Assembly (NCBI GenBank): GCA_051294375.1
Contig: CM119268.1
Location: forward strand, 18,928,615-18,992,614
DNA: 64,000 bases
DNA from: Paraspadella gotoi
Lineage: Eukaryota; Animalia; Chaetognatha
Reading direction: 5' to 3'
Shown here: one piece after another, positions 1-13,316 of the stretch
Layout: each line of letters starts with the position of its first letter
Numbering within the stretch: the first letter of the stretch is position 1
Program-made: the position numbers and the translations under genes
Notes under the pieces: model-generated
Database searches by the model: none
What the model was told of the DNA's origin: nothing
Seen by the model: the letters and a program-made list of their open reading frames with translations, nothing else

Positions 1-2109
1 GGAAGAAGAACAAAATTTTAAAAAAGAATTGGTGTATATGAAACAGGAAGAAAGGAGGCAGTAGGTCGAGCGAGCGCGAAGGGGCGGGCGGTGGAAGGGT
101 CGGGCGGAGTGGAAAGCAGTGTTTCGGGCAGATGTGGGCTTACAGACAACAAAAACGGTGATGATGGAAAGTGACACTGAGAGAGGAGAGGCAAGAGAGA
201 GAGAGGAGGAGAGTAGATTAGAGAGAGAGGATGACCGGAGAATGAGGAGAGAGAGAGAGAGAGAGAGAGAGATGAGTTGAACAGGAGAAAGGAGAGAGAG
301 AGAGAAGAGAGTCGGTCGTTTGAGAGGGCGAATTTCGTTATTGGCGCGGTCAGTGGGCGGGCCAGAGGAGTTGGGCGAAGCGGGCGGCGAGTGGGCGGCG
401 AGCAGGGGGAGGCGGAACAACAAAAAGGAACGGCGGGAAATTCGGAGATGAGGTATAAAGGTAGTGAAAGAGAAACGAATCTGTAAAAATATATACTATT
501 GAGGCAAGTTTTCGTGGAGTCTAACGGTGCCTCTAAACTCGGCGGCACGGGAACGTGAAGAAAGGGAAAAGGAAAGAGGATCAAACAGAGCATCACCTTT
601 GGCAGATGACGAGAAAGGCGCGACAATAACGACGATGAACTCCGTAGACGACGACTCGGGCGTGGCCGCACCAACGTCGCCGCCAGTCGTCGCTTCTTGC
701 GACACGAACGAAGGCGTGGCGCCCACCAGCAGCCACAAACAGCCAAGCGGTCAAGTCTGAACGAAATCGCGGCACAAGGGAAGTTTCCATGGAGGAATTG
801 AAACGTCAAATCGCGGCGAAAGGAAGTGAGAGGGTCTAAGAACGTAACCGTCAGGTAAGATGAGGAGTAAAGTAATTGCCTGTGGGTGAGGAGTTGGGAG
901 AACAGGAGGAAGAAGAAAGGTAGAGTTTAAGGTAGGTGCGGGAAAGTAATTTATGCAACTGATCAGATAATGAGGCCATTACAACACCAAAGAGACAGGT
1001 AACCAGTCAAAAAAAGAAAGAAAAAGAAGTAGGAGCAAGATAAGAGGAACATAAAAAAAATTAATTAAATATAAATGAAATATATATATAAAATAAATAA
1101 TTAGTAAAAAATATAACAAAAAAAAAATTAAACGAAAAAGTATCTAACACACAAGGAAAGTACAAAAATAATCAAGAAATTTAAGATCGAATTTAATTAA
1201 TCACTAATAATTATCATACAATGAAGACATCTGAGTTAAATAAACAATGGTAAAAGGAAGAAGAAAAAAGACAAATGAAAAAGAGGAAAGAGAAAGGAAC
1301 AGAGAAAGAAGAAAGAGAGTGAAAAGAAGGAATAAAGCTAAAAAACGTAATCATTGAAAATTCGAATTAAAAACAAAACGAGAAACGATTTAAAATGGAA
1401 TCAATTGAAATAAAAAGATAGAAAGTAAAGAGAACATAGAGAATAGAAATGACATAAGAAACAATAGGAAACAGCGAAGAAAGAAAGATTCCATGAATTT
1501 TTTCTAAAACAGAGGGTAAATAAAAAAATAAAAGAAATTTGAAAGAGTATAAAAGGGGAAAAAATATATGACAACGATACGGATAGGATCAAATCTAGAA
1601 TCCCGTAGTACGTTGAGATTCTTAGGTCTACCGGGATAAAATGGTCCCCTAAGAATAAGAGAAAATATGGATTCTCTGGTAGAAAAAACAAGGAAGAGGT
1701 AAATTGGTAGCTTCGAAAAAAAGTAGTTAAATCACTCGCGGACGCAGAAAAGATGGATAGAGTATTATATATAACATTGTATTGTGATAATGATGTATTT
1801 GCGAAATAAAGATATATGTTAGTGCGGTGTAGCAGGAGAGACTCAAAAACCAAGCTTAGACAGAGGTCGAATAGGAACGAAAATTATCAGCTTTAAATGG
1901 CTAAACACACAAGCAATAGTGCAGATGCAGCACACGAGAGAGAGTAGAATAGAAGAGAGACTACGGAGAAGAGGTCGACGAAGTATGATTGAGAGAGAAG
2001 ATCCACATGACATGAAAGAGCGAGCGAATCGCAACATTATTGGGCTATCCCAAGACGGACCCCGGTTACCACACCCACGCACGATGCACACCCCCGCGTA
2101 TTCGACTCA

Positions 2110-2220
2110 ACCCCACACTACGAGGAAGACGGATGATATTCAGGGCGAGAACGAGGCACTAGAGAGACGAGGATTGGTAGACGATTTCGCGAGTGAGCAC
2201 GCGAGAGCCGAGACGACGCG
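2110..2220 (-). pseudogene. Disrupted tetraspanin TM1-like exon on the opposite strand (...SSL*CLVLALNII/VFL)
   Basis: Resembles the K-x-L-x-x-x-N-x-x-x-F TM1 pattern but needs TAG read as AAG and one 1-nt indel; surrounding sequence looks error-rich. Confidence 0.3.
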
Positions 2221-3071
2221 AAGAGCCGAGAGAGAGAGAGGCCGACAGCAGCCGCCGCCGAGAGAGAGAGTATTCAGCAAGCACTGCACGTGACCGCGGC
2301 AGAGCAGCGTGCGCCCCAGAGCACCGCGAAGCGACCGGACCTCGGATTCGGAAGACCCGCAGACTCTGTGACGTATTACGAGAATGACAGGAATTATAGT
2401 GGTGCAAGAAAAAGAAGAGGCAAGATAGACTAAGAGAATCGACACCAATGAGGAAGTAGGAGAAATTGGGAGGGAAACAAGATAGAGTTAAGCAGAAAAA
2501 AGGGGGGAAGAAGGAAATAGCGCATGTTGTAAAGGGCGCCAAATGAAAAGAAATGGAAAGTGCGAGGGGGGAAATGGTGGAAGATATGGTTGGCTTAAGG
2601 AAAGCGTGACTAAGGGCGATGGGGAAATTGAGCACAATGATTTATGGACAAGTTTTTAAACCAAGATTTGGGAAACGCATATGGACGTGAAAGGAAAAGG
2701 GCATATTAAATAGGCGAATGAACCATAATGATATCGGTATTCGCCCGTCTATATCCGCCGTTTAACCTCCAAATTTTATGATCATCAGAGAGATCATGTC
2801 GATTTAACGAACTAGACGCAAATATAGACGCTAAAAAGAAACGGAATTTGGACCGCCTAAACTAGACGCAATTCAAAAAATGAAATAAATGCCGAGAATC
2901 ATAAATTACTTTGTTTACAGTTGTCAGAAGCGAATATGATTTGTTTACCTGTTTGCTTTTCTACTTTTTTTATTTACTCTTTTTTCTAATTTTCTCTTCT
3001 TTTTCTCTCCTTTTTTTTCTTTTCTTTTCTTTTCTTTTTTCTTTTCTCTTTTCCTCCAACCATCTCCTCAG

Positions 3072-3219
3072 AAATCTCAACATCGCTGGTTACGTCCTCT
3101 GTGCCTTCGGCGCCCTCCTCTTCATCTTCATGCTGCTTGGCCTCTTTGGCAGCTCTTACTCCAATCAGTGCCTCTTGGGCAGCTACGTCACTTGCCTCAT
3201 CGTCATCCTCATCGTTAAG
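3072..3219 (+). CDS. Tetraspanin, internal exon encoding TM2-small loop-TM3 (NLNIAGYVLCAFGALLFIFMLLGLFGSSYSNQCLLGSYVTCLIVILIVK)
   Basis: Polypyrimidine tract + ctcag acceptor; aag|gtaagt donor; G-x-x-G...CLLGSY pattern typical of tetraspanin TM2/TM3; phase 0 joins the next exon. Confidence 0.88.
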
Positions 3220-3484
3220 GTAAGTTTAATGTTTAATAGCGATATTCAGAGCTTTTTTCTTTTTCTTTAACCATTTCATTATTCTTTTCTTTTCTTTTTC
3301 TTTCCTTTTTTAAAAATGTTTTTTCTTTTTTTTAATGAAGAGTTATATATTACTAGGGGTTATTGAACTCTAAATTAAAACTAAAAAATCATGACAATAA
3401 CCTAACAGTTCAAGTAAACTTTTTCCGTTGAAGCATTAGTCTTCATCAAAATTTGCTTCATCAACTATTTCCATCATTAATATC

Positions 3485-3601
<117 letters not shown>

Positions 3602-3604
3602 CAG

Positions 3605-3727
3605 ATCGGTATGTCCGTCTTCATTTATCTCGAATGGCGTCAGTACGAGGATTCCGTCGAGAAAAACCTCCGGTCGTGGATCGTAACGGAGTTCGAGTTG
3701 CACGAGAAAAAAGTTCGAGAAATTCAG
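3605..3727 (+). CDS. Tetraspanin exon: end of TM3 and start of EC2 (IGMSVFIYLEWRQYEDSVEKNLRSWIVTEFELHEKKVREIQ)
   Basis: (CT)n + acag acceptor; cag|gt donor; open in phase 0/0; joining gives IQTNNSCCG, the canonical tetraspanin Q-x4-CCG context. Confidence 0.85.
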
Positions 3728-4098
3728 GTTCTTGTGTGTGAATTTGAGTGTGAGCGTACGAGGGAGTGTAATAGTTTGTGAATAGTCTGCTTCGAAGGTC
3801 ACTGAGCGTTAGAGTGTTCGAACACATATCTGTGCGTGATAGAGTGCGTGCAAGCGAGCATGATTGCGTTAAGTGCATGTAGTATTTTAAATGGAGAATA
3901 TCGCGTTGGGCCAACGGGAGAAAACTGACATTCTATTTACATATTTTAGTCATATTTTAGTCATATTTTAGTCACAAATCACGAAGGTTGCTCTGTCGGT
4001 ACTTTGGACTTTGTCGGCTAAGTTTGCATTAAAGGGTCTTAGTTGTGAGTCGTCGTCTGCCGAAAGAAAAGGAAATAATTAAAATGTCTTCTTTTAAG

Positions 4099-4261
4099 AC
4101 GAACAATTCTTGCTGCGGCTTCGACGGACCCAAAGACTACGACACGACGCCTCTTAGGCGCGAGGGCTGCCCCCGGATGTTGGGGCTGGATACCATCGTG
4201 GAGACCGGATGTAGAGAGGCCATCTTGGGCAGCCTAGAGTTGAAGCTCATCATCGCCGGGG
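4099..4261 (+). CDS. Tetraspanin exon: EC2 with CCG motif (TNNSCCGFDGPKDY...GCP...GCREAILGSLELKLIIAG)
   Basis: ttttaag acceptor, g|gtgag donor; CCG...DY and pre-TM4 GC motifs. Confidence 0.9.
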
Positions 4262-4769
4262 GTGAGACGGGGGTTTGGAGGAAAGGGCGGGGTTTGTTTG
4301 TTTAATGTTATAGATAAGTTTTTTTCCTTTTTTCTTTTGCACACGAAAAAGAGCATTCACACAATATTATAAATATTTAGATAAAACTTGTACAAAGTCA
4401 AAGAAATATAAACAATTTCAATAACGACCCTAGCAATTTTAAAGTACTATAAAGTTTAGTCCGGACCGTGCCCAAACTTATTGGAGGGTCATGACGGTTA
4501 CATGTACGACAGTGCGCACAGTGTCGCATCACGCCTCTCTTAACCATACCCCAACACACTGTGGCAACGGATGTGATATCACACTTCGGAGTCAAAAGGA
4601 GAATCTGGGGACATCGAATCTCCTGAGAGAAAAATCGAGGAGACGAAGTCGCTGTGAAGTGAGCGACGCTGAGAAGGAAAAAATATGGAAAAGAAAAAAA
4701 GGGAAAAAAAAGGACTGAAGAAAATGAAGTAGAAATAGCGATGGTGTAAAAAGAAAATAAAAAGACGAA

Positions 4770-5427
4770 NNNNNNNNNNNNNNNNNNNNNNNNNNNNNNN
4801 NNNNNNNNNNNNNNNNNNNNNNNNNNNNNNNNNNNNNNNNNNNNNNNNNNNNNNNNNNNNNNNNNNNNNNNNNNNNNNNNNNNNNNNNNNNNNNNNNNNN
4901 NNNNNNNNNNNNNNNNNNNNNNNNNNNNNNNNNNNNNNNNNNNNNNNNNNNNNNNNNNNNNNNNNNNNNNNNNNNNNNNNNNNNNNNNNNNNNNNNNNNN
5001 NNNNNNNNNNNNNNNNNNNNNNNNNNNNNNNNNNNNNNNNNNNNNNNNNNNNNNNNNNNNNNNNNNNNNNNNNNNNNNNNNNNNNNNNNNNNNNNNNNNN
5101 NNNNNNNNNNNNNNNNNNNNNNNNNNNNNNNNNNNNNNNNNNNNNNNNNNNNNNNNNNNNNNNNNNNNNNNNNNNNNNNNNNNNNNNNNNNNNNNNNNNN
5201 NNNNNNNNNNNNNNNNNNNNNNNNNNNNNNNNNNNNNNNNNNNNNNNNNNNNNNNNNNNNNNNNNNNNNNNNNNNNNNNNNNNNNNNNNNNNNNNNNNNN
5301 NNNNNNNNNNNNNNNNNNNNNNNNNNNNNNNNNNNNNNNNNNNNNNNNNNNNNNNNNNNNNNNNNNNNNNNNNNNNNNNNNNNNNNNNNNNNNNNNNNNN
5401 NNNNNNNNNNNNNNNNNNNNNNNNNNN
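4770..5427. other. Assembly gap (N run); smaller gaps at 17032-17045, 17337-17360, 62679-62703
   Basis: Runs of n. Confidence 1.
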
Positions 5428-5739
5428 GAAAAAAAAGAAAAGAAAGGAAAGGAGAAGGGAGGAAACAAATGAGAAAAAAAGAGACGATTGTGGCGCAAAT
5501 TGAAAAGAAAGAAATGGGAAAACAAACAATAAAAGAAAATATGACGTGAAAGGAAAAAGAATAACAAAACAGTTGTAATAGATATCAGGGAAAACTAGGA
5601 AAAAGAAAAAAAATTAAATGCCCCAATAAAAAAAATAAGGAAAAAGTAGTAAAATGTAAAAAAGAACTAAAGTTAAATGGAAAAAGAAAGAAAAGGAAAG
5701 ACTGAAAAAACAGGAAAGAAAGAAAGCAAGAAAGAAAGC

Positions 5740-5811
<72 letters not shown>

Positions 5812-6543
5812 ATAATATGAAAGAAAGAAATCACTATCGCCTGAGGAAATGGATTGAATAAAAAAGAGCATCGCTTTTTTGATCGGCGCCATCCACTTTT
5901 TCCGGCGCTTTCGATTCCAATCTTTCCGGCGCCACACTTCACGCCGGCGTCATCCACTTTGACGGATTTTTCTGAAATAGAACTTGACGTCGATTTCTCG
6001 GGAAACTTGACTTATTTACTTCTTCGCTGGATTTCAAAGATGTCGCCTTCAATCTGGTGTTACGGAAATCACTCAATATGCCATCATTCATTTTGTGAAA
6101 TAGCCAATAGCGATGCCACTATTCACCGTTATCACTTATCAGTATCCCCTAGAGTTTTTTTCTCTCAAAAAGAATTTTACAGTGTCAATGACCTCCGCAA
6201 GATTGAGAGGTTCTTGGTTCCACCTCCAAAAACAATCGTTTGTCTCGCGTCAATGAATCGTCTGAGTTGGAGGGCGGGTAGGGGGGGGGGAAGAATTCAG
6301 CGGAGGAGGAGGAAGAGAAAAAAAATGAAGGGATTTATTGAGATTCATCGAATTTTTTGTCTCCTGTTTTTACGTTTTTTTCTTTAACAATGCTTGAATT
6401 CTAACAATAAAATGTTGGCTTATAACAATTTTCTTTTTATACATATCATTATACGTAGACCCACCTTTGCTACCCACCTTTCCCGTTTCCTTCCCTCCTC
6501 ACCCATCCCCCACCCACCCCCGATCCACCCCTCACCCCTACAG

Positions 6544-6641
6544 CCATCGGTCTCGGTGTCGCCCTCTTCGAGATTCTCGGCGTCGCCCTCGCCAACGTCC
6601 TCGTCTGCAGTTTGAGAAGCGACGTTTATTATTACGATTGA
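6544..6641 (+). CDS. Tetraspanin terminal coding exon: TM4 and short tail (AIGLGVALFEILGVALANVLVCSLRSDVYYYD*)
   Basis: cctacag acceptor in phase 1 matching the previous exon; TM4 with conserved polar E (FEILG) and juxtamembrane Cys; TGA at 6639-6641. Confidence 0.88.
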
Positions 6642-8126
6642 CGCCAGCTAATTCCCCTTCGAGACAGTGGGCGCCCAAAGAGGATAGGTATCGTAAAATT
6701 GTAATATTATTGTGAGGGGAAAGAAACTGCTACAAGTATGGTGTACTAAAATGTCAATTGTTTCGGCGCATCGACTATCGGACTGGTCTTTTGTTTTATG
6801 TAAGCCTCACTTCGAACTTTATTTGCATATTAACAACGGACTAAGAAACGAAAGAAGGCACGAACTAACGAAGTAGAAAAAGAAAGAGACGAACTAAAAT
6901 GTCTCATAACAACCCGAAAACTATAATTAAAAAGTAAATTAAATAGTAAAAAACTTACCCACGACTTACCCTTGCGCGTTTTTCGCCGACGCAGCGAGGA
7001 ACGTGACCGCGACGACGTTCGTGGCGACGAGGGAAACTGTGATGTAGGCGCTGAGGGATGGGTGAGGTCAAGGGCGGTGACGGAGGCGTCGATCGCGAAC
7101 CTTACCTTTAACTTGTTGGTGATTAAAGATAAGGGAAGCGAATGGTCGCCCTCTTCCCCTCCTTAAATCACTCTCCTCACGTAAGCGCCCTTCCTGCGTC
7201 GGGCGTTGATCCTCGCAACAGAATCGAGGCTCACGTAAGCCATTTCTTTTCTTGTTCTTTTGTTTTGTTTTTGTGTTCTTTTTATGTCATTTGTTTTGTT
7301 TTTTTGTTCTTCGTCGCGCGTATGCAAGCAATGTCTCGAAAAATGTCGCGTTTTGTCTTATCTATTTAAAATTTAAAGAGTTTTTTTTAATAATGTTATT
7401 GTTTACAAATTCGAGATTTTTCGAGCCCAAAATTGAGAAAAAACCTTCGGTTGTCGCGCCATTCACCTTTCTGCGTCATATTTAACAAGTTACCATCCAC
7501 TGCATCCAAATTTATTCACTGATATGAATCGTATTTTTTAAATCGACAAACGTTAGATAATAACAATTAACAAATCGTCAGTCTCATATAGCTCGTTTCA
7601 AAGCACGATGAATTTCTTTAATGACACTTAGTTCTTGTTTTAAAAATGTTTTATTTCATCGAATATTTAAACAAAATAAGAAAAAATGATGACTTGAGAC
7701 ACAAACCCAGGGTCGCATGTTATTTTTCTGGTAGTTGTTCGTGTTGCCTAAAAAAACGCCTGATCACGTTCGTTAACGTATTAAAACTTATAAACACCAA
7801 AAGGGAAAAAATCACGAAATCACTCGACACACACATTTCGTACGAATATTTGACAAGCATGAAAAACAGCTAACTGTAATAGAACGAATTGCACGGACTT
7901 AAACAGTTTGTAAAACATTTTCAATAACCGTTAAACTAGCAACAAAAAATGTGATTTATCTTTATCTTTTTTTTTAAACTTTTTTCTTCTCTTTTTCCTT
8001 TCTATTTTCTTATGTCCTCTTCATCTTCCTCTGCATCTTTTTTCATCTCTTTTCTTTTACTTTTCTCCCTTCTTATTTTCTATTATTCGAATTGCCTCTC
8101 TTATATCTTCGTCCCTCTTTTCTCAG

Positions 8127-8204
8127 GACCGACGAAACAGTTTCCCAGTCGCCATTGGTCACCTCTCGATCCTCAAGGTCCCACTATGACTGCTTATCGC
8201 CGAG
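8127..8204 (+). CDS. Internal exon of an uncharacterised gene (xPTKQFPSRHWSPLDPQGPTMTAYRR)
   Basis: Long pyrimidine tract + tctcag acceptor; gag|gtaagg donor; 78 nt, phase 1/1, joins 8898 in frame. Confidence 0.6.
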
Positions 8205-8381
8205 GTAAGGTCCAGGGGAGAGATAAGGGTAATGGCATCGAGGGACCATAATTACAATTAAAATCAAGCAGTTTCAGAAAGAAAGTGATCAATCTCTATG
8301 ATTGTTTGAAGGTTAAATGAAAGAGCAGCTTCTTATAAATGATGAGAGACAGAAAGTTGAGCTCGTTCATGGACTATCTCT

Positions 8382-8459
<78 letters not shown>

Positions 8460-8897
8460 GACCACATAACCAGATCCTTTAATGTCCTAAACTGCTTTCT
8501 CGATTCAATATTAACGAAACAGCGAAACAAATGGACGCTTCTGGCGACAATAAAAAGGGGAAACGAAAAAGGAGGAAAAAATAGGGGCGAGAAATAGATA
8601 AATGGATAAATGGATAAATGACGGACGAAATGGACGAAAAAGGGAAATGAAATATGAGGGTTGAAATAGAAGAAAAGCGAGACGAAAACTGATGGAAAAA
8701 ATTAGGATGAGACTGAAAAATTTAAAAAGTTGTACAAAGTTGTTCATTGTACAATGTATATAACGCATATATTTTTTGAACTTTTTTATATTTTAAACGT
8801 ATATTAAATTTTTAAACTGTATGAAAAACTGTATGATAAATTGTATAAGAAAACTCGGTCGACATCCACCCATCCCTCTTCGACATTCCCTTCCCAG

Positions 8898-9328
8898 CGC
8901 TAAAAGGTCGTCACGTTAGCGAGCACCACAGATGGCGCCCGTCTTCGCTTCCGCCGATGCCGTCGACTCTCACGGAGGCGCCGCGTTACTTTCCATCGCC
9001 GATGGCGTCGCCGCGTCAACGTCTCCCGCGCGTCAAATCTCGCGACGACGACCACAACGCTGCCACCGGAGCGGAAAATAGCGCCGTCGCCGCCGCCGAA
9101 GTAGACGACGCCGGTTTCCCGCAGCGCATGCGCGCGTTCGTTCCGGCGTCGGAGGCGGCGTCACCGTCGTCCCCACCGACGCCGCGATCGCCGACGACGC
9201 CGGAGACTCGATCGTCGGCGTCGCGTCGATCGTCGACTCCTCGGCCGATCGAAGACAGGACTCACTTGCGTAACACGTGGAACACGGCCTGGAACGCTGC
9301 TTGGTTCGAAGGGGAATTTAAAATATAA
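8898..9328 (+). CDS. Terminal exon of the same uncharacterised Ser/Pro/Arg-rich protein (...HLRNTWNTAWNAAWFEGEFKI*)
   Basis: ttcccag acceptor, phase 1; GC-rich open frame to TAA; AATAAA at 9645-9650. Confidence 0.6.
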
Positions 9329-10312
9329 AACACAAATTTAATGCATTCTCTATTTTATTGAGATCGCTATGATCTTTTGTTTTTCTCCCACAAATTGCGC
9401 GCCATCTATCGAGATTACAAAAAAACTTTTCTTTTTTTTTTTCAAATGATTTTACCGATCGATTGTTCAATTGTTCTTTTAAAATGAATCTTCGACATTC
9501 TCTCGTATTAATGAATATAACACGCAGAATCATGCATACATATATGTTGCTCATTGTACATATATAAAGTTTTTCCTTGCATTTTGTTTTCTCACCACGC
9601 CGCATTTTGTTTTCGTTGTTGTTGTTCCCAAACGTTTATGATGGAATAAAAACTTTTAAATTTGCTTCGTAGCCAAATTCACGACCGAAGAAAAACAAAT
9701 AAAGGTCGTTAGCCTTTTGTTTCGCCTTTTCGCGAATTTTTTTTTTTTTCGGAAATTGCATCCACTATTTAATATTTATGGCACAAAAAGGAAAAAAAAA
9801 AATTAAGGACGTATAAATTAGTTATACCGTAGACTAATACTAATAGAGTTTTTCTCCTCTCTCTCTCTCTCTCACGATTCCTTTTGGAAATAAAAATCTG
9901 TTTCAATCGTTTATTTTTTTTTTGTTTTTTTTTTCAATTGCCGCTTGTGTGTTCGTATCGACCACTCCGTTTTTTGTTTGAATTATGACAAAAAAAATCG
10001 CTCATTATTTTTAAGGAAATAAAACAATTTGTCTTTTAAAAGTGGACTTTTTTTCTCTTTTTTTTTCTAATTGTAGTGCGCTTTCAAATCAATTCGCTTC
10101 TCATGAAAATGTTGCTGCAAATACTGAATTCGCGGCAGAAGCGAATTTTCCTCGATGACATGTCCGGGTCAATACGACTCAGCCTCGCAAATTGATCTCT
10201 CGCTCTTTCACTCACTCTCCATCTTTGCCCTCTCCATCACTTCAAATTTTGTTTGCCTGAAAAATAGTGTTTTCGCTGAAATCCATTAAATCCGGCGCTG
10301 CTCCCTCATCTG

Positions 10313-10404
<92 letters not shown>

Positions 10405-10890
10405 TCTCTTCTACCCTTTCTAGAGAGTCAATAGTTCTATCTTTGTAATTCTCTTTTCTATTTCTCTCTAACTCTAACTCTAATCCTTCGTCGTCGTAGC
10501 ACCGACAAATTCTTTTTCGAATATAATAATATAATAATATAATATAATAATATAATATAAATAAAAAAATATTACTTTCTCTCCGTACTCCTACTCTAGT
10601 CTACCTCCTAGAAACTTTCCTCTGAAAAATTACGATCAGGAAAATCGGAGATCTCTCTTTGTTTATATTTTCTTATTAATTAAGAAATCTTATTTAACAA
10701 ATAACGCAGTAAAACGGCCAGATTTAATAGGCGACGACGTCAAAGCTTAACGATTTCGTGTATTGAAATTTGTGAAGCTTATCCCTTTTTTTAGGAGAAG
10801 TTGGCTATTGGCCAATAGTCAATGGTCTCCGCTCCTCATCAGAATTCAGAACCAAGAATTCATGATCTTCGTAATTAGGAGTAGCCGCAC

Positions 10891-11340
10891 TCAATGGGGT
10901 GAGTCAAAAATTTTGAGTGAAAGTACTATGTCTCAAACGAATATTTAGACATTTTAAGATACTTTCAATGGACCAAAAATTCTTAATATGGCTCTATACC
11001 TAGTAATTAATTTTTTAATATTTATTTATAGATAGGAAAGGCCAAAAATTTTTTTTTGAATTTTTAAATTTTAAGACCAGATTCAGATAGCTCATAAAAA
11101 GTTGTCTACACAAAGTATGATTCTTTTTTAAATATTTTTACGATAAGTGTGTCAAAAATAAAAAAACTGTAAAAAATCATCATCATCATCATCATCTTTC
11201 GATGATTTTATCAGTTTTTTTATATTTTCACTTAGAAAACGTAAGAATTTTTAAAAGCTGTAATTATATTTCTTGTTTAACTTTTTATGCTCTATCAGAA
11301 TCCATCAAAAAATTTTAAGATTTTAAAAAAATATTTTTTG
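10891..11340. mobile_element. AT-rich hairpin (MITE/foldback-like) interspersed repeat, copy 1
   Basis: Colinear similarity to 41507-41947 (tcaatggggtg; tagtaattaattttttaatatttatttatagataggaaa; aaaaaatcatcatcatc; gctctatcagaatc); internally self-complementary around ~11190. Confidence 0.7.
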
Positions 11341-11503
11341 CTCAATATAGTAATATTATATTTTTAATTAGGCGAGTACCCTCAGAAGAAAGCATTTTTG
11401 ACAAAAAATATTTTAATACCATAATCTATGGTCATGATAGATTATTTTAACGCTGTATACATTAGCATTTAAATTTCATCGGCTATGGCTATCGTAATGA
11501 GAC

Positions 11504-11560
<57 letters not shown>

Positions 11561-12723
11561 CTCGTCTCTCTCTCTCTCTCTCTTTCTTTCTCTCTCCCTC
11601 TCTCTTCGATATCCATGAGGAAAAGGGAAATCGAGAAATTCGGCGCAAAGAAATCAAACCTTTTTTTTCTTTTATTTTTTTTATTTCCTTTTTTACTTTT
11701 TATTCTTTATTCATGGTTTTCGTTTCTGCTCCGACGAAATTTAATCCTTGAAACTTCGTCTAACTTAACGAATATTTTCACTATTTTTAATATCTTTAGT
11801 ATCGTTTTTTACTCGTGCGTATGTTTCACCGTTTCTCACGCCATTTTTTCCATTTTTCATTTTTCGGTATAGTTATTATTAGTAAAGCCCTGATATTAAA
11901 AAAAGAAAAAAACAAAAAAAGCTACGACGGATTTTGTTTACCTGTCATTAAAAGGTCCGTTTGGTTGACAGAACGGCAACATATCTATTTTGAGAATGCC
12001 ACATATCTGTTTGTTCATCCCAGAATTCAATTTTACCTTCAGTATTTAACCTAAATATATTTTTAAACTTATAAACTAATCCCTAACCCTAATTTTTAAC
12101 TCTAACCTAATCCTAAACACAAACCCTAAAAGGAGAGAGAGAGAATGTCTGATAACGAAAAATGTTCCAAAGTCGAAACGTTCCAAGAAGAGGAGAGTCC
12201 CAGTCTTCGATTGATAAAAGTCTCCGAAAATTTAGTAGATAAACTTGGAATTTTGTGGTTCTGGTATTAACTAGAATTTTTAAACAGAACTTGAGGTAAA
12301 CCGGACGAAACATACATAAATAAAATATAACGTTTTATATACAGCTATTGCATTGCTCGAGAATCAAGATTCAAGATTAATATGAATTGGTTTTACACTC
12401 CCGGAAGGATCTAGAGAAAATTATACTGTTCAATGATATATTTCCAAAAGTTAACTTGTAGCCGCACAGCAGTTCCTGCGCTAATGAATGAATCTCTTGA
12501 CATTTCGAATAACATCATTTAACACACGACGGCATTTCAGCATTCAAAGCACTTCAGCATTTCAGCATCTCCTTGTTCGACTGACGAGCCCGTCAATCAA
12601 GAGTCGCCCGAGGCAGCGACGGACTGACTCTTCTTTACGTCATCCGGGGCGCAATCAATATCCACATCCGGGGTTTCGCATCATTAATTCAGGGACGTGA
12701 TCCATTGAAGACGGGCAAAAAAA

Positions 12724-12825
<102 letters not shown>

Positions 12826-12889
12826 AATGTGAGGCAGACTTTTTCCGGCCTTCGATTTTGCCTGTTTTTATTTGTTTTTTTTTTCTTCT

Positions 12890-12950
<61 letters not shown>

Positions 12951-12966
12951 CTCTCTCTCTCTACAG

Positions 12967-13200
12967 ACTAACGGCGACGCCTCGCCTGGGACTCGGAGGC
13001 GTGGCAGAGGAAAAAAGAGGAACTCGCCGAGCGGCGTCGACAGTTGACATCGGGTTTGTCTGGCGTCGGCAGCGGCGTCGTCAGCGTCGGCAGCATCGGC
13101 GGCAGCGTCGGCGGAAGCGTCCTGACTGGGCACAGCAACGCCATGAATGGGTTCGGACACGGGGGCGCCTCGCTCGCTAGCGCCGCGCGCTTCATTGCAG
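12967..13200 (+). other. Probable exon (RRRLAWDSEAWQRKKEELAERRRQLTSGLSG...ARFIA) with an in-frame TAA just after the acceptor
   Basis: (CT)n + ctacag acceptor, cag|gttgg donor followed by (GA)n; GC-rich; coding status unresolved. Confidence 0.4.
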
Positions 13201-13218
13201 GTTGGATGCAAAGGGAGG

Positions 13219-13316
<98 letters not shown>

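Noticed and set aside
4398-5567. 389-aa and 316-aa ORFs
   Set aside because: They span the N gap; artefacts
12078-12130. ccctaaccct telomere-like motifs (also ~14755-14780)
   Set aside because: Only one or two degenerate units; not a telomeric array
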